Positions 11,476-22,677 are shown, counted from the first letter of the stretch. The stretch: DNA of 45,406 bases from Octopus bimaculoides (GCF_001194135.2 NC_068986.1:21646870-21692275), one strand, 5' to 3'. The notes: generated from the sequence alone by a model not told the origin. A program made the numbers and translations.

Positions 11476-11762
11476 AAATTAAGTACCAGTGCGTAACTGG
11501 AGTCGATGTAATCGACTTAATCCCTTTGTCTGTCCTTGTTTGTCCCCTCTATGTTTAGCCCCTTGTGAGCAATAAAGAATTAAGAAACGTTAGCACACCG
11601 GGCGAAATACTTAGCGGTATTCAAATTCTGCCGAGGTCGACTTTGCCTTTCATCCTTTCGGGGGTCAATAAAATAAGTACCAGTTGAGTACTATGGTCGA
11701 TGTAGTCGACTTGCCCCCACCCGAGCTTGCTGGCCTTGTGCTAAAATTTGAAACTAATATTT
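11476..11762 (+). mobile_element. SINE family A 3' half followed directly by a second tandem copy
   Basis: The tail CCCCTTGTGAGCAATAAAGAA runs straight into GAAACGTTAGCACACCGGGCG. Confidence 0.8.
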
Positions 11763-12275
11763 AGTTACGTCTTCTTTCTATTTTATACTGGAAGTTTAAA
11801 TCGTCACAAAATTATACTTCTTTCTTTGTTTATTCTCTGTGCGTGGGAAGGTGTTATTAAAATAAGTACCAGTCATGAACTGTGTAGATTCAAGCGCAGC
11901 CTCTTCCTCTATAAATTCCTGGCCATGTGCTAATAATGATAGTAACTGTAATTAGAACGGTAAATTGAGGGCAATTGCAGGAAGTTTAGTATCTAGTTCG
12001 GTGTTTGACGGGAATACAGATTACGCCAATATTGATTCTTGCCATTCTTCCTACGGAAGTCGAAGAAATAGGCATTAGTAAGACATTAAAGTTGGTTACT
12101 ATCACTACTTTTATAATATTTGGCTGACTGCCTAGGTTTTAAAAAAATATAATAAAATAAATGAATAAACACAAAAATCGTTGCTGTCGTCATTACGATC
12201 ATCACCGCCATGATTATTATCACCATCACCATCATCGTAATAAGGATAGCGCCATACTCATCTACTGGGGTCGAC

Positions 12276-12601
12276 NNNNNNNNNNNNNNNNNNNNNNNNN
12301 NNNNNNNNNNNNNNNNNNNNNNNNNNNNNNNNNNNNNNNNNNNNNNNNNNNNNNNNNNNNNNNNNNNNNNNNNNNNNNNNNNNNNNNNNNNNNNNNNNNN
12401 NNNNNNNNNNNNNNNNNNNNNNNNNNNNNNNNNNNNNNNNNNNNNNNNNNNNNNNNNNNNNNNNNNNNNNNNNNNNNNNNNNNNNNNNNNNNNNNNNNNN
12501 NNNNNNNNNNNNNNNNNNNNNNNNNNNNNNNNNNNNNNNNNNNNNNNNNNNNNNNNNNNNNNNNNNNNNNNNNNNNNNNNNNNNNNNNNNNNNNNNNNNN
12601 N
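12276..12601. other. Assembly gap (N run)
   Basis: Direct reading. Confidence 1.
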
Positions 12602-12719
12602 AGTGCAAACCCATGTTTTCAGGAGGATATTCAAAACGTTTTCGTTGCCCTTCCCACAACCTAAAAAAATAAATAAATAAAGGAGTGTGCACATCATGCA
12701 CTCTCTGGACATCCTGTTC

Positions 12720-12875
12720 CCGAGCCTATGGATCAGAGATGTTCCAGACATGACCATCCCATCTGTTTTGTAGACATAGCTTATACAGGACCAGACTGAG
12801 CAAGGCCTATGATAAAAAATGTTTCAGCCATGACCATCCCTTCTTATTTTCTATATACAGCGTGTACAGGACCAC
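12720..12875. repeat. Unclassified interspersed repeat (TTCCAGCCATGACCATCCC family), two tandem sub-units
   Basis: Related sequence at about 19260-19445, 32630-32775 and 41590-41725. Confidence 0.6.
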
Positions 12876-12885
12876 ATTATCTACT

Positions 12886-13045
12886 ATCTTTTATCTTTTA
12901 CTTGCTTCAATCATTAGACTGCGGCCATGCTGGGGCACCGCCTTGAAGAAATTTAGTCAAACGAATCGATCCCAGGACTTCTGTCTTTTTTATTACTCCA
13001 TCAGTCACTTTTTACCGAACCGCTAAGTTCCGGGGGATGTAAACA
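12886..13045 (-). mobile_element. SINE family B1, 3' part
   Basis: TCTTTTACTTG...GACTGCGGCCATGCTGGGGCACCGCC...ACCGAACCGCTAAG. Confidence 0.8.
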
Positions 13046-13506
13046 CCAGGTACATGCATCACAACCATATGTGCGCGACATGGTGACCTTATATCAAGAT
13101 AAACATTGCATGACCTTGCAGGTGGGGCCCTGTTAGAATTTTCTTCAGGTTGAGTAGTCCATCTCTCTCAAAATGTCCCTGAATAAGTGTTGTTTAAGGA
13201 TGATGAATGAAACACCCAAGTTTCCAGAGGTGAATTATTCAGACCCCCAAAGAACTCCTCTCAACACATGGCTATGATGCTCTCCCACTACTCCTGCTCG
13301 TGATCAGAGATGCACATACCGTTAGCCACAAGGGGACATGCTCAACTGGTTACAGTCTAGCAAGTGACAAGCAAAACTATGGTATCGAGCAGAATATTTG
13401 CTGTAGCCCATCTTTTTATACCAAGACAAAACAATGTACATTATAACACTTCCAATCAGTTAAGATCAAGAGCCATGAGAGCAACTGCCTGGTACTGCAT
13501 CAGGGC

Positions 13507-13509
<3 letters not shown>
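13046..13509. repeat. Unclassified interspersed element ending in an (ATT)n tract
   Basis: A higher-GC block abutting a SINE on the left and a long (ATT)n on the right. I recall it as a recurrent octopus repeat but cannot verify that here. Confidence 0.45.
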
Positions 13510-13567
<58 letters not shown>

Positions 13568-13586
13568 GTTGTTGTTGTTGTGGTTG
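13510..13586. repeat. (ATT)n(GTT)n microsatellite
   Basis: Direct reading. Confidence 0.95.
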
Positions 13587-14169
13587 TTTTACAAAGGGAG
13601 ATGTGCTTGCCTTTTATTCGTTTCTCAAGCTTTCATACATAAATGTCAGTAATGCAAACTAACGCAGTGCGTAAAAATGAAATTCTTATTGTCTATAGCT
13701 GCTTCTGACTTAGTTAAAATAGAAGTTTATATATGCTTGGTTGTTGCATATATATATCGGCATCTTTTCCAATGAATGTGGTGGCTATCAGTACTATCAA
13801 AATCATTGGAGATGTTCCAACACTGATAAAGCAGTTATACCCTACATTTCTTCATACTGGGCAATAGTATATTTTATTTATTTTCTGTTTTAGTTTTAGT
13901 CTTATTTTGCACAGCTGAGGCATTTTTTTTCTTCTCTTTTAGTCAGAAGGGAAGGCAGCATCCATAATTCTTTAGAGAACATCTTTGGTGGGTGGGAAGG
14001 AGACTGAGAGGAAGTTATCCCCGAAATAGTGACCAAGCCTGAATACTTGCAACAAAGTAATCTTCGCCAAAGGTACTCAAGGCGCCAGGTAGTGGTGTTA
14101 ATCCGAGGGACAGATGGACAGATTAAGTTTATTAAAGTTTATCACCCCTGTCTGACATTCTTACAGTTC

Positions 14170-14300
14170 CGCAAATCTTCCACCTCGAAAGGATAAAAGG
14201 TAAAGTTGACCTCGGTGATATTTGAACTCAGAGCGCAGAGTGTTCGAACAAATATTGCTTTCTATCCGACGCTCTACCGACTCTGCCAGTTCGTCATCCG
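14170..14300 (-). mobile_element. SINE family A, diverged
   Basis: GAAAGGATAAAAGGTAAAGTTGACCTCGG...TTTGAACTCAGAG...CTCTGCCAGTTCGTC. Confidence 0.7.
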
Positions 14301-14335
14301 AGTTGTAATTACTGGGGTGTAACAACGAAGGCGTC

Positions 14336-14740
14336 TTTATTCTTTTGTTTGTTTCAGTCATTTGACTGCGGCCATGCTGGAACATTGTCTTAAAGGGTTT
14401 TAGTCGAACAAATCGACGCCAAGATTTATTTTTAAGCCTAGTACTTATTTTATCTGTCTATTTTACCGAACCGCTAAGTTAAGAGGACGTAAGCACACCA
14501 ACACTGGTTGTCAAGCGGTGGTGGTGGTGGTGGGACAAGCACAGACATAAACACACACACAAATATATACATATATATATACGACGGGCCTGTTTCAGTT
14601 TCCGCCTGTCAAATCCATTCATGTGGCTTTGGTTGGTCCGAGGTTATACTAAAAGATATTTGCCCAAGGTGCCACGCAATGGGACTGAACCCAGAACCAT
14701 GTGGCTGGGAAGCAAGCTTCTTACCACACACCCACGCTTG
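14336..14740 (-). mobile_element. SINE family B1, near full length
   Basis: Colinear with 5911-6330. Confidence 0.85.
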
Positions 14741-15059
14741 GAAAATGATTTATTTATTACATTAATAAAAAATGTGTTTATGCAATAGAATTAATGGAAA
14801 CATTCAGATGAAACAGCGTAATATGACACGCACAGAAAGTCTGTTAGAAACTCAACATTTGGGCTAAATTTTACAAATCAAATACAATTCTGTCAGGTGC
14901 CGTAGTGTGTCTTCTTCTTCGATCATTCCAGGTAGAATATGTAACTGTGAAAGCAGCTCTCAGGAGAATGTAATCCAAACTCGACTAGAGACACTCTGGA
15001 TTTTTGGCACTCAGTTTGGTTGTATTTGTAGGCCTCACTCACGTAAAATTCTAGTCAGA

Positions 15060-15450
15060 CCACCGAACTAGCTGAATAGGGGAAAATTCTTCAGGCAGTT
15101 AGAAACTGAGAACAGGCACAATTTTGCTGTGAGCCGTCACAGAGTGCAACCAACAGCTATGGGGCGCAGGTAACCGTTGGACTTGGTGAGACCAAATATG
15201 GTCCAAAGAACAGGGGACGAATGTAGGCAAGGACACTCTCGGACGAGAACAAGTTTATGAACTGTGTTAGGTTCTCCAAGAGTTCGAGCCCAGCATCACC
15301 AGTTGACAGGGAGATATTATCCTTGAAATGATGAGGTCGTAAGCCATCGATCCCAGCGCCAGAATCTGCTGGAAAGGAGGCAATTGCCCGCCTGACATTG
15401 CCAGGGGTGAAGATGGGTTGTAGAAAACTTGGGTCGGACCAGTGTAGATG
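15060..15450 (-). mobile_element. CRE-clade (CRE/SLACS-like) non-LTR retrotransposon fragment, N-terminal RT subdomains
   Basis: VRRAIASFPADSGAGIDGLRPHHFKD...LTQFINL...YIRPLFFG, then after a frameshift LTKSNGYLRPIAVGCTL*RLTAKLC and PIQL. These match the CRE motifs S(A)GGPDGLRPQHLKD and GGIRPIAVGxTLRRL. Confidence 0.8.
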
Positions 15451-15534
15451 ATCATCTGGAGGGGATATTAGTATAGCCTGAAATCTGTCTTGATTGAACA
15501 GACCTCTGATCAATAACAATCCAACCGAGAACGC

Positions 15535-15660
15535 CTGATAGAATAAGTATTAATCCAATAAATACTGGGGTCGATTTGATTGATTAAACGCTTCAACGCA
15601 GTACCCCAGCATGGCCGTAATCCAATAATTGAAATAGGTAAAAGAATATAAGAATGTACT
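15535..15660 (+). mobile_element. SINE family B1 tail fragment
   Basis: GATAGAATAAGTA...CTGGGGTCGATTTG...CCCCAGCATGGCCG...GTAAAAGAAT. Confidence 0.65.
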
Positions 15661-15732
15661 TTTTTTTTTCTAAGTTCTTTGCTTGTTCAAGAATAGAGAA
15701 GATTTATAAAATTCTTAATATTTAGTTATAGT

Positions 15733-15945
15733 AAGGTGGTGAGCTGGCTGAATCATTAGCGCGCCGGACGAAATGCTTAGTTGTATTTCGTCCGTCCTTA
15801 CGCTCTGAGGTCGAACTGGCCTTTCAATGAAAGTCTCATCTTTTCGGGGTCGAAAAATAAGTACCAGTTGAATACTAGAGTAGATGCAATTGACACCCCC
15901 TCCCCCGAAATTGCTGGCCTTTTGCCAAAATCTGAAACCAATATT
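15733..15945 (+). mobile_element. SINE family A, diverged
   Basis: GGTGGTGAGCTGGCTGAATCATTAGCGCGCCGGACGAAATGCTTAG...TCTGAAACCAATATT. Confidence 0.75.
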
Positions 15946-16085
15946 TTGTTGTAGTACTTACAAGTATCAATAAAATAAAGGATTCTCGCTTATTTAAGTA
16001 TCAAATCTATTCAGAGACCTCTGATTGTTCAACAAGATGTCCATAATAAACAATGGTTGCATTAAATTTTACCCTATTGTTTGTA

Positions 16086-16130
16086 TGTGTACGTAGATTG
16101 TTATCCATAGGATAACAATCTACGTACACA
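16086..16130. repeat. Perfect inverted repeat, 21-bp arms, 3-nt loop
   Basis: TGTGTACGTAGATTGTTATCC-ATA-GGATAACAATCTACGTACACA. Confidence 0.95.
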
Positions 16131-16506
16131 ATGTGTTCTTTTCTCTGTTGAACGGACACTTGCATTATTTATTTAGTTTCCGGGGTATTTATAATATTAA
16201 AAAAAAAAAACAAAACAGAAACAGCTAATATATTTATGGTTTCTTCTGTTTTCTTACCTATGCAAAATTTCTTTCAAATTGGAATTTTGTATATATAAGT
16301 TTTCTGCCTCTAATTCCCGGATATGCCCCATACGATGTTTCTTTTGTATTTTAACTTATTTTAGACTCAGTTCAGGGTAATTTGGCAAACCACCAAACAA
16401 CAGTACACTTGACTCGCTTCTGAATACCAAAACTTCCCAAAATATTTCAAGATGTAAAAGTCATTTTAACAACAGTCTCTGTTTCCTCCTGTTGATAATA
16501 TTCACA

Positions 16507-16607
16507 CATGTAGCCAGGGGTGTTTTCCCGTAAATTAGACGGCTAACGGTGGATCCATTTTTAACCACTGAGAAGCCCCTCGGTCAAAAATCCTGGCTAC
16601 ACCCATG
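16507..16607. mobile_element. Small MITE-like element
   Basis: Inverted TGTAGCCAGG (16509-16518) and CCTGGCTACA (16592-16601). No clear TSD. Confidence 0.55.
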
Positions 16608-17611
16608 CTATGCACAGTAGCATTTTTATTTATTAATCTTTCAGGTGGTTGGTTTGTTCAGACAGTTTAAACTTTTCATTTGCGACAGCTTCATATTCTG
16701 GTCTGCTTACCGTTTCCTGAAGCTGTAAATCTCAAAGGAACTAATGAGAATCTAGCACAAAGAAAGCCTAAGATAGTCTTCGGCAATATGGTGGCTTTGA
16801 TAATATAACCTATGGAGTAAAAGTAGTTAATTTCATTTTAGGGTATACTGCTTTAAAGAAGAACGGCAACAATCACAACAGCAACAGCTAGTAAATTAAG
16901 CATTTTGAATCACATTGAAACAAGATTAAAAACATAACCTTCGCCCCCAAAATTAATTACAGTAATTGCATAAAGAGTAACACTCTTGTACTGTGGAGGT
17001 TCCACACGTTGCTTCAAATGACCAGAAGATGAGTTTGAATCTGGCACTTTGTTGTACTATGGAATAACAGAGGATGGTCATTCCTTGAAAAGCCAGTTAG
17101 CCACAAAGATTGCTTGTCTCACATCTCACATTTATAAGCGATACGCGATAGACTTTGAAAAATAAAATGTCCATATTATAAAACGTTTATCTATAGGCAC
17201 AAATGTGACTGAGCGGTAAGAAGTTTGCCTCCCAACCACATGGTCTGGTTTCCAAGACAAACAAGTTGAGTGGTTAGGGATTTTAAAAAAAATACATTGG
17301 CAAAAGAACACCTATAATGAAACCAAACATTCTGCAAATATTAATTGGGAAACCTCCAATATAAGACCCCGACACTAATAATTTACAGGAAGATATGACT
17401 TCACTGTAGAGCTGAGGTCACAACCGCACAATATATATATATTCTTTTCGAGAGATGAAAAAAATCAAATTCCAGGATACCAATGTTCTTGGTTTCTTTT
17501 TCTTTCATTTTCAAACATAAATTTGCTGATGGTTGACACATGGAATTTAGTATCTGACCTTAAGTGGAAGTAATTACATCTACTTCGTGATTACTTCCCC
17601 ACCCATTTCAG

Positions 17612-17687
17612 CTTGGGATACCTGCTTGGAGGACTTCGTGGTTACGGTGTTAACCTCATGAAATCAGTGGTGTATAACATTGGAAAA
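17612..17687 (+). CDS. Candidate penultimate coding exon of an unidentified gene (LGYLLGGLRGYGVNLMKSVVYNIGK)
   Basis: Acceptor TTCCCCACCCATTTCAG|, donor AAAA|GTAAGA. Only one frame is open and it ends in phase 0. Confidence 0.4.
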
Positions 17688-17764
17688 GTAAGAGTGAAAA
17701 ATTGGACAATACATCTGTAAACTTTTAAACCGACAAATTCATGCTAACTGGCTTTTGTTACCAG

Positions 17765-17848
17765 ACTGATCGCTCGGTTAAAATTGCTGGTGTTTTCATT
17801 CGATCAAATGACTTTCAAATTAACAGACGTGAAGATCGGAGCGAATAA
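17765..17848 (+). CDS. Candidate terminal coding exon (TDRSVKIAGVFIRSNDFQINRREDRSE*)
   Basis: A 77-nt intron with GCTAAC branch-like motif and TTTTGTTACCAG| acceptor. The phase-0 frame is compatible with the previous exon. TAA at 17846-17848; ATTAAA near 17964. Confidence 0.4.
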   Translation, partial: TDRSVKIAGVFIRSNDFQINRREDRSE

Positions 17849-18439
17849 TTTCGCCTCGGAAAAGCTGAAAGTGTCCTGGAAAGCGAAGTAGAAGAGACGA
17901 ATGCTGCCTACTTGTGGGTCATAATCTCTCCGAATCAGCACCTATTTTTGACTATTTTTGAAGATTAAAATTCCTTTAATCAGACAGTTCATCTACTCTC
18001 AGAAAAAACACCCCTTGTCTGAGTATCACTGTTAAAATTATAGTATTTGCAAAAGTCGGCAGACCTTCCATTCTCGCATTTATTTGAGGGTTAATGGAAT
18101 GGATGAATAAGTGATGGGTTGGTGATGTGCTTACCATCGACGAGGAAACACTGCATAAAGGCAATTTCAGGTCATTGCTTATAGATCGATTTTTCATAGT
18201 TAACAGCCTGTTAAAGAGGTAGGAGTAATTTGTGTGAGTGTGGCGGCAATTGTAGATTGCCTTGTAGTAGATAGTAAGAGGTGGTAGCAAACGTTAGTTT
18301 TTCCCTTTCTGTTATGAGGAGAGTCGTGGGTTTGAGTGTGTATCCAGAATTTGGTGCTTTGAAAGATACTTCTGAATATACGATATTTACATTAGTAATG
18401 CAACAAAACTTATGCAAGGTGAAGGATTTATAATATATA

Positions 18440-18636
18440 NNNNNNNNNNNNNNNNNNNNNNNNNNNNNNNNNNNNNNNNNNNNNNNNNNNNNNNNNNNNN
18501 NNNNNNNNNNNNNNNNNNNNNNNNNNNNNNNNNNNNNNNNNNNNNNNNNNNNNNNNNNNNNNNNNNNNNNNNNNNNNNNNNNNNNNNNNNNNNNNNNNNN
18601 NNNNNNNNNNNNNNNNNNNNNNNNNNNNNNNNNNNN
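18440..18636. other. Assembly gap (N run)
   Basis: Direct reading. Confidence 1.
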
Positions 18637-20001
18637 AATATCGATAAAACAGCTGCAAATTTAAGAATAAGAATAGTATATCAAGTAAATTAAAAATAAG
18701 TAAAATAAAAAACAAAAAATATCTCATTTCACTCAGTCACTTACTATTGTCCTCTGCCTCCTAATTTTCGTTTTATGATGGAAAAGCAACTAAAGAAAAT
18801 ACGAATGATAATTTGGCCTAGACGAATTTGGTATATAGATCAATAAAATCTAGTTAAAACAGACGAATTCTGTGGCTGAAAAATTGTAGTTCGTAGTATT
18901 TGTCAGTTCATTAAAAATTACATGCGATCTGTTTCTAAAACAATCACTATTTTAAAACTTTGCAACGACGTTAAAATGCAAGTATTTGTAAAACCTTTAG
19001 TTTGACAATAAACAGATAGACCATAAGTCTAGAAAAAGTAAAAGGAAATAAAAGAACTTGCCGCAATGGGTATCATATTTCTTTGCTTTGAATGTTAAAT
19101 GTCTATTTTATTTTCACTACACTAACTTTTTAGAAAGCTTTAAAATACTAGCTTTTTTCAGTTAAAGACAATAGGTACGTGTAGCTATTTCGTGTTAGTT
19201 GTTCAAGAAAACAGTTACACCTTTCTTCATGTGTAGTGATGTTATTGATGTTTAGTTGCAGGCTAGTCCTGATTGAACAGATTCATGATCAAAACCGTTC
19301 TAGACGTAACCATCCCTCCTTTTTAGGACAATCTGGAATACATTGTCCAATATTTCTCTTGCTTATTTAAGACAGTAGGGTAATAAATTTGAGGGAGATT
19401 TGGCAGTTATTACTAGCAGATTCAGCGACCATGTACAAACTCCCGCGCGTGTGTATGCGATCATGATCATCATTATTTTACGTCTGCTTTCTAGGCTGGT
19501 ATGGGTTGGACATTTCGACTGGATCAAACTAGTCGGTGTACACCGTTTTGCACCAATGTTTCATGGTTTCTACGACTAACTACCCTTCATAATGCTAATC
19601 ACTTTACAGACAGAACTGAGTACTATTTTCGTGACCTCAGCCCTGGTGAAACCACACAGCAAGATTAAAGAGCTTCCACATCAGAGTTTGTTTCAGTTAT
19701 TATTCACGCAGACAATGAAATATATAATCGTTCCCCACAACTCAAACAACAAGCAGACCTCGTGATATTTAATTGGATATTTATAGCTGGACATAATGAT
19801 ATTTAGTGCTGGGTATTTACAATGAACGATATTAATACTTACTGAATGGGATAGAGAGAAAAACTGCACTGCATCCATAGAAGTTACTTATGAGATGTTG
19901 TGTGAATGTTCATAATAGGTTTGTCTGAGAACTTGGAGTTGTCTGCGCAGATGTCCAGAACCATCTGCATGTCAAGAGAGGAGACACATGGATCAGTCAG
20001 C

Positions 20002-20972
20002 GGATCTATTTTAAAACGGGGGCGCCAGTTTTCATTTATGTTTTATGTAGTGTTTTTGGTACGGAAAGACTTTCAAACTTCGTATACTTATCTATTTTGG
20101 GATCTTTTTTAAAACGGGGGCCACATTTTTCATTAATGTTTTACGTAGTGTTTTTGGTACGGAAAGACTTTCAAACTTCGTATACTTATCTATNNNNNNN
20201 NNNNNNNNNNNNNNNNNNNNNNNNNNNNNNNNNNNNNNNNNNNNNNNNNNNNNNNNNNNNNNNNNNNNNNNNNNNNNNNNNNNNNNNNNNNNNNNNNNNN
20301 NNNNNNNNNNNNNNNNNNNNNNNNNNNNNNNNNNNNNNNNNNNNNNNNNNNNNNNNNNNNNNNNNNNNNNNNNNNNNNNNNNNNNNNNNNNNNNNNNNNN
20401 NNNNNNNNNNNNNNNNNNNNNNNNNNNNNNNNNNNNNNNNNNNNNNNNNNNNNNNNNNNNNNNNNNNNNNNNNNNNNNNNNNNNNNNNNNNNNNNNNNNN
20501 NNNNNNNNNNNNNNNNNNNNNNNNNNNNNNNNNNNNNNNNNNNNNNNNNNNNNNNNNNNNNNNNNNNNNNNNNNNNNNNNNNNNNNNNNNNNNNNNNNNN
20601 NNNNNNNNNNNNNNNNNNNNNNNNNNNNNNNNNNNNNNNNNNNNNNNNNNNNNNNNNNNNNNNNNNNNNNNNNNNNNNNNNNNNNNNNNNNNNNNNNNNN
20701 NNNNNNNNNNNNNNNNNNNNNNNNNNNNNNNNNNNNNNNNNNNNNNNNNNNNNNNNNNNNNNNNNNNNNNNNNNNNNNNNNNNNNNNNNNNNNNNNNNNN
20801 NNNNNNNNNNNNNNNNNNNNNNNNNNNNNNNNNNNNNNNNNNNNNNNNNNNNNNNNNNNNNNNNNNNNNNNNNNNNNNNNNNNNNNNNNNNNNNNNNNNN
20901 NNNNNNNNNNNNNNNNNNNNNNNNNNNNNNNNNNNNNNNNNNNNNNNNNNNNNNNNGTTTTAAAATAGATCC
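20002..20972. mobile_element. GGATC-terminal DNA transposon with an internal ~99-bp tandem array (centre in gap 20194-20956); Merlin-like terminal signature
   Basis: TIR of at least 16 bp, GGATCTATTTTAAAAC / GTTTTAAAATAGATCC; perfect 8-bp TSD CAGTCAGC (19994-20001, 20973-20980). Two tandem units are visible before the gap. Confidence 0.85.
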
Positions 20973-21174
20973 CAGTCAGCTGCCTTCCACACACGGTCTC
21001 AAAGCGACGAAAATATTTTGGCAAATTAAATTTAAATGTTGAAGTGAATCTAATGGTTTTTGTGTGTTTCTTAAATGACTTATAAACACCTTCCACGCTG
21101 CAATTGTTTTCGTTGCAGCACACGATTTTAGATCAGGTCACTTGCTATGCAAGTACATCTCTCTCTCTCTCTCC

Positions 21175-21400
21175 TCACTATCGCTTGATAACTGATGTTG
21201 GTGTGTTTNNNNNNNNNNGCTTGATAACTGATGTTGGTGTGTTTAAGTCCCCATAACTTAGCAGTTCAGCAAAAGAGACCAATAGAATAAGTACTAGGCT
21301 TACTAAAAATACGTCCTGGGATTGGTTTTTTCAACTAAATGCGGTGCTCCAGCATGGTAGCAGTCAAACGACTGACACAAGTAAAAGAATAAAAGAATAT
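21175..21400 (+). mobile_element. SINE family B1 3' part, CpG-decayed, containing a 10-N gap
   Basis: CCCATAACTTAGCAGTTCAGCAAAAGAGACCAATAG, versus the CpG-intact form seen (reverse-complemented) at 6030-6070. Confidence 0.8.
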
Positions 21401-21409
21401 ATAAAGTGT

Positions 21410-21635
21410 ATTTATGCTTGTGTGTACTCTTGTCTTGACAACACATGATGCTTGTAAATGAACAGCATCATCATACAAGCTGTGTAAGTATTCCATGGGA
21501 AAATGTTACCTTACTTGGAAACAACTGAAGGCTGATGACATGAAGGCCGTCTGTCTGTAGAAAATCTGCCTCAACAAATTCCCATGCAAGCATGGAAAAG
21601 TGGATGATGATGATGATGAGGATGATGATGATAAT
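21410..21635 (+). mobile_element. SINE family B2 3' part with a (GAT)n tail
   Basis: ATGTTACCTTACTTGGAAACA...GTAGAAAATCTGCCTC...CCCATGCAAGCATGGAAAAGTGGATGATGATG. Confidence 0.7.
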
Positions 21636-22269
21636 GTATTGTGTGTGTGTGTGTAAACAGGTGCATGTGTGTATTTGAGTGTGTGCATTAAGTTTGGAAA
21701 AAGAATTAATGAAATTAGGTCGAAAAAAAAAATGTAATGTGACTGTTCTAATGTTAAGTGAAGTTAAAATTAAATACTCTACTAACTTAAGATCATAGTG
21801 AACGAAAATATATTCGATCAATAAACGTCTTCAACAATAATGTTAACGTGCTGTACCATCATTCAGCCAGCTTTCAGAAGTATTTCATTGATTGCTTCTG
21901 AAGATGAACAGATGAGAAGTGAAAACTGATATAACAAGCATAGTCTGTTTGGCTGAATTTTTTTGTTTTGTTTGTTTGTTTATTTTTTCTTTTTTTTTTA
22001 ACCTGTCATGAACAACGGTGAGTTCTGCAAGTTCAATAACCGCAAAAATGAATCAATCATTTTCAACAATCCAATCAGCTATATTTTGCTAAATCTTCTT
22101 TTATGATTACATACAAATATTTGCTGTATTATAGGTATATTAGATCAACACTGATTCTTGACTGGTATTTAATTACCTCTGAATTCTTGATGCTCTTATC
22201 TTTGTCTTAGTCTTAACATAACTATAAGAACATTGCATGTTAGAAAGATGACTGAATAAAATAGGTGAA

Positions 22270-22435
22270 ACATCATCATCATCATCATTTAACATCCATC
22301 TTCTGTGGATAGGTCGGATGGTTTGACAGGAGCTGGTAAGCCAGAGGACTGCACCAAGCTACACTGTTTTGGCATGGTTTTTACAGCTGGATGCCCTTCC
22401 TAATGCCAACCACTTAAGGGTGGACTGGGTGCTTT
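22270..22435 (-). mobile_element. SINE family C ((GAT)n-tailed, GGAAGGGCATCCAGC motif), 3' part
   Basis: CATCATCATCATTTAACATCC...CTGGATGCCCTTCCTAATGCCAACC. Related copies at 42386 and 44601. Confidence 0.75.
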
Positions 22436-22438
22436 TAT

Positions 22439-22637
22439 AGTTCTATATTTAAGAGATGAGGAATTATTTACATTATTTACATTTGACGGATATTTGTCCT
22501 CATCTTGTTTGTTGTTAACACGACATTTTGGCTGATATACTCTCCAGCCTTCAACAGGTGTCTTGGAGACATATGGCGTAGTGGTTAAGAGCGTGGGCTA
22601 CTAATCCCAAGATTCCGAGTTTGATTCCAGGCAGTGA

Positions 22638-22677
<40 letters not shown>

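Noticed and set aside
616-17848. A phase-compatible six-exon model (616-676, about 6526-6627, 6844-6891, about 13941-13990, 17612-17687, 17765-17848)
   Set aside because: It was built by choosing among many weak splice sites, and the product resembles nothing I know. Likely overfitted.
20002-20193. CRISPR-like repeat array
   Set aside because: The units are direct tandem copies without unique spacers, bounded by TIRs and a TSD, in eukaryotic DNA with no cas genes.
21183-21244. 26-bp direct duplication GCTTGATAACTGATGTTGGTGTGTTT
   Set aside because: It flanks a 10-N gap, so it is an unmerged contig overlap.
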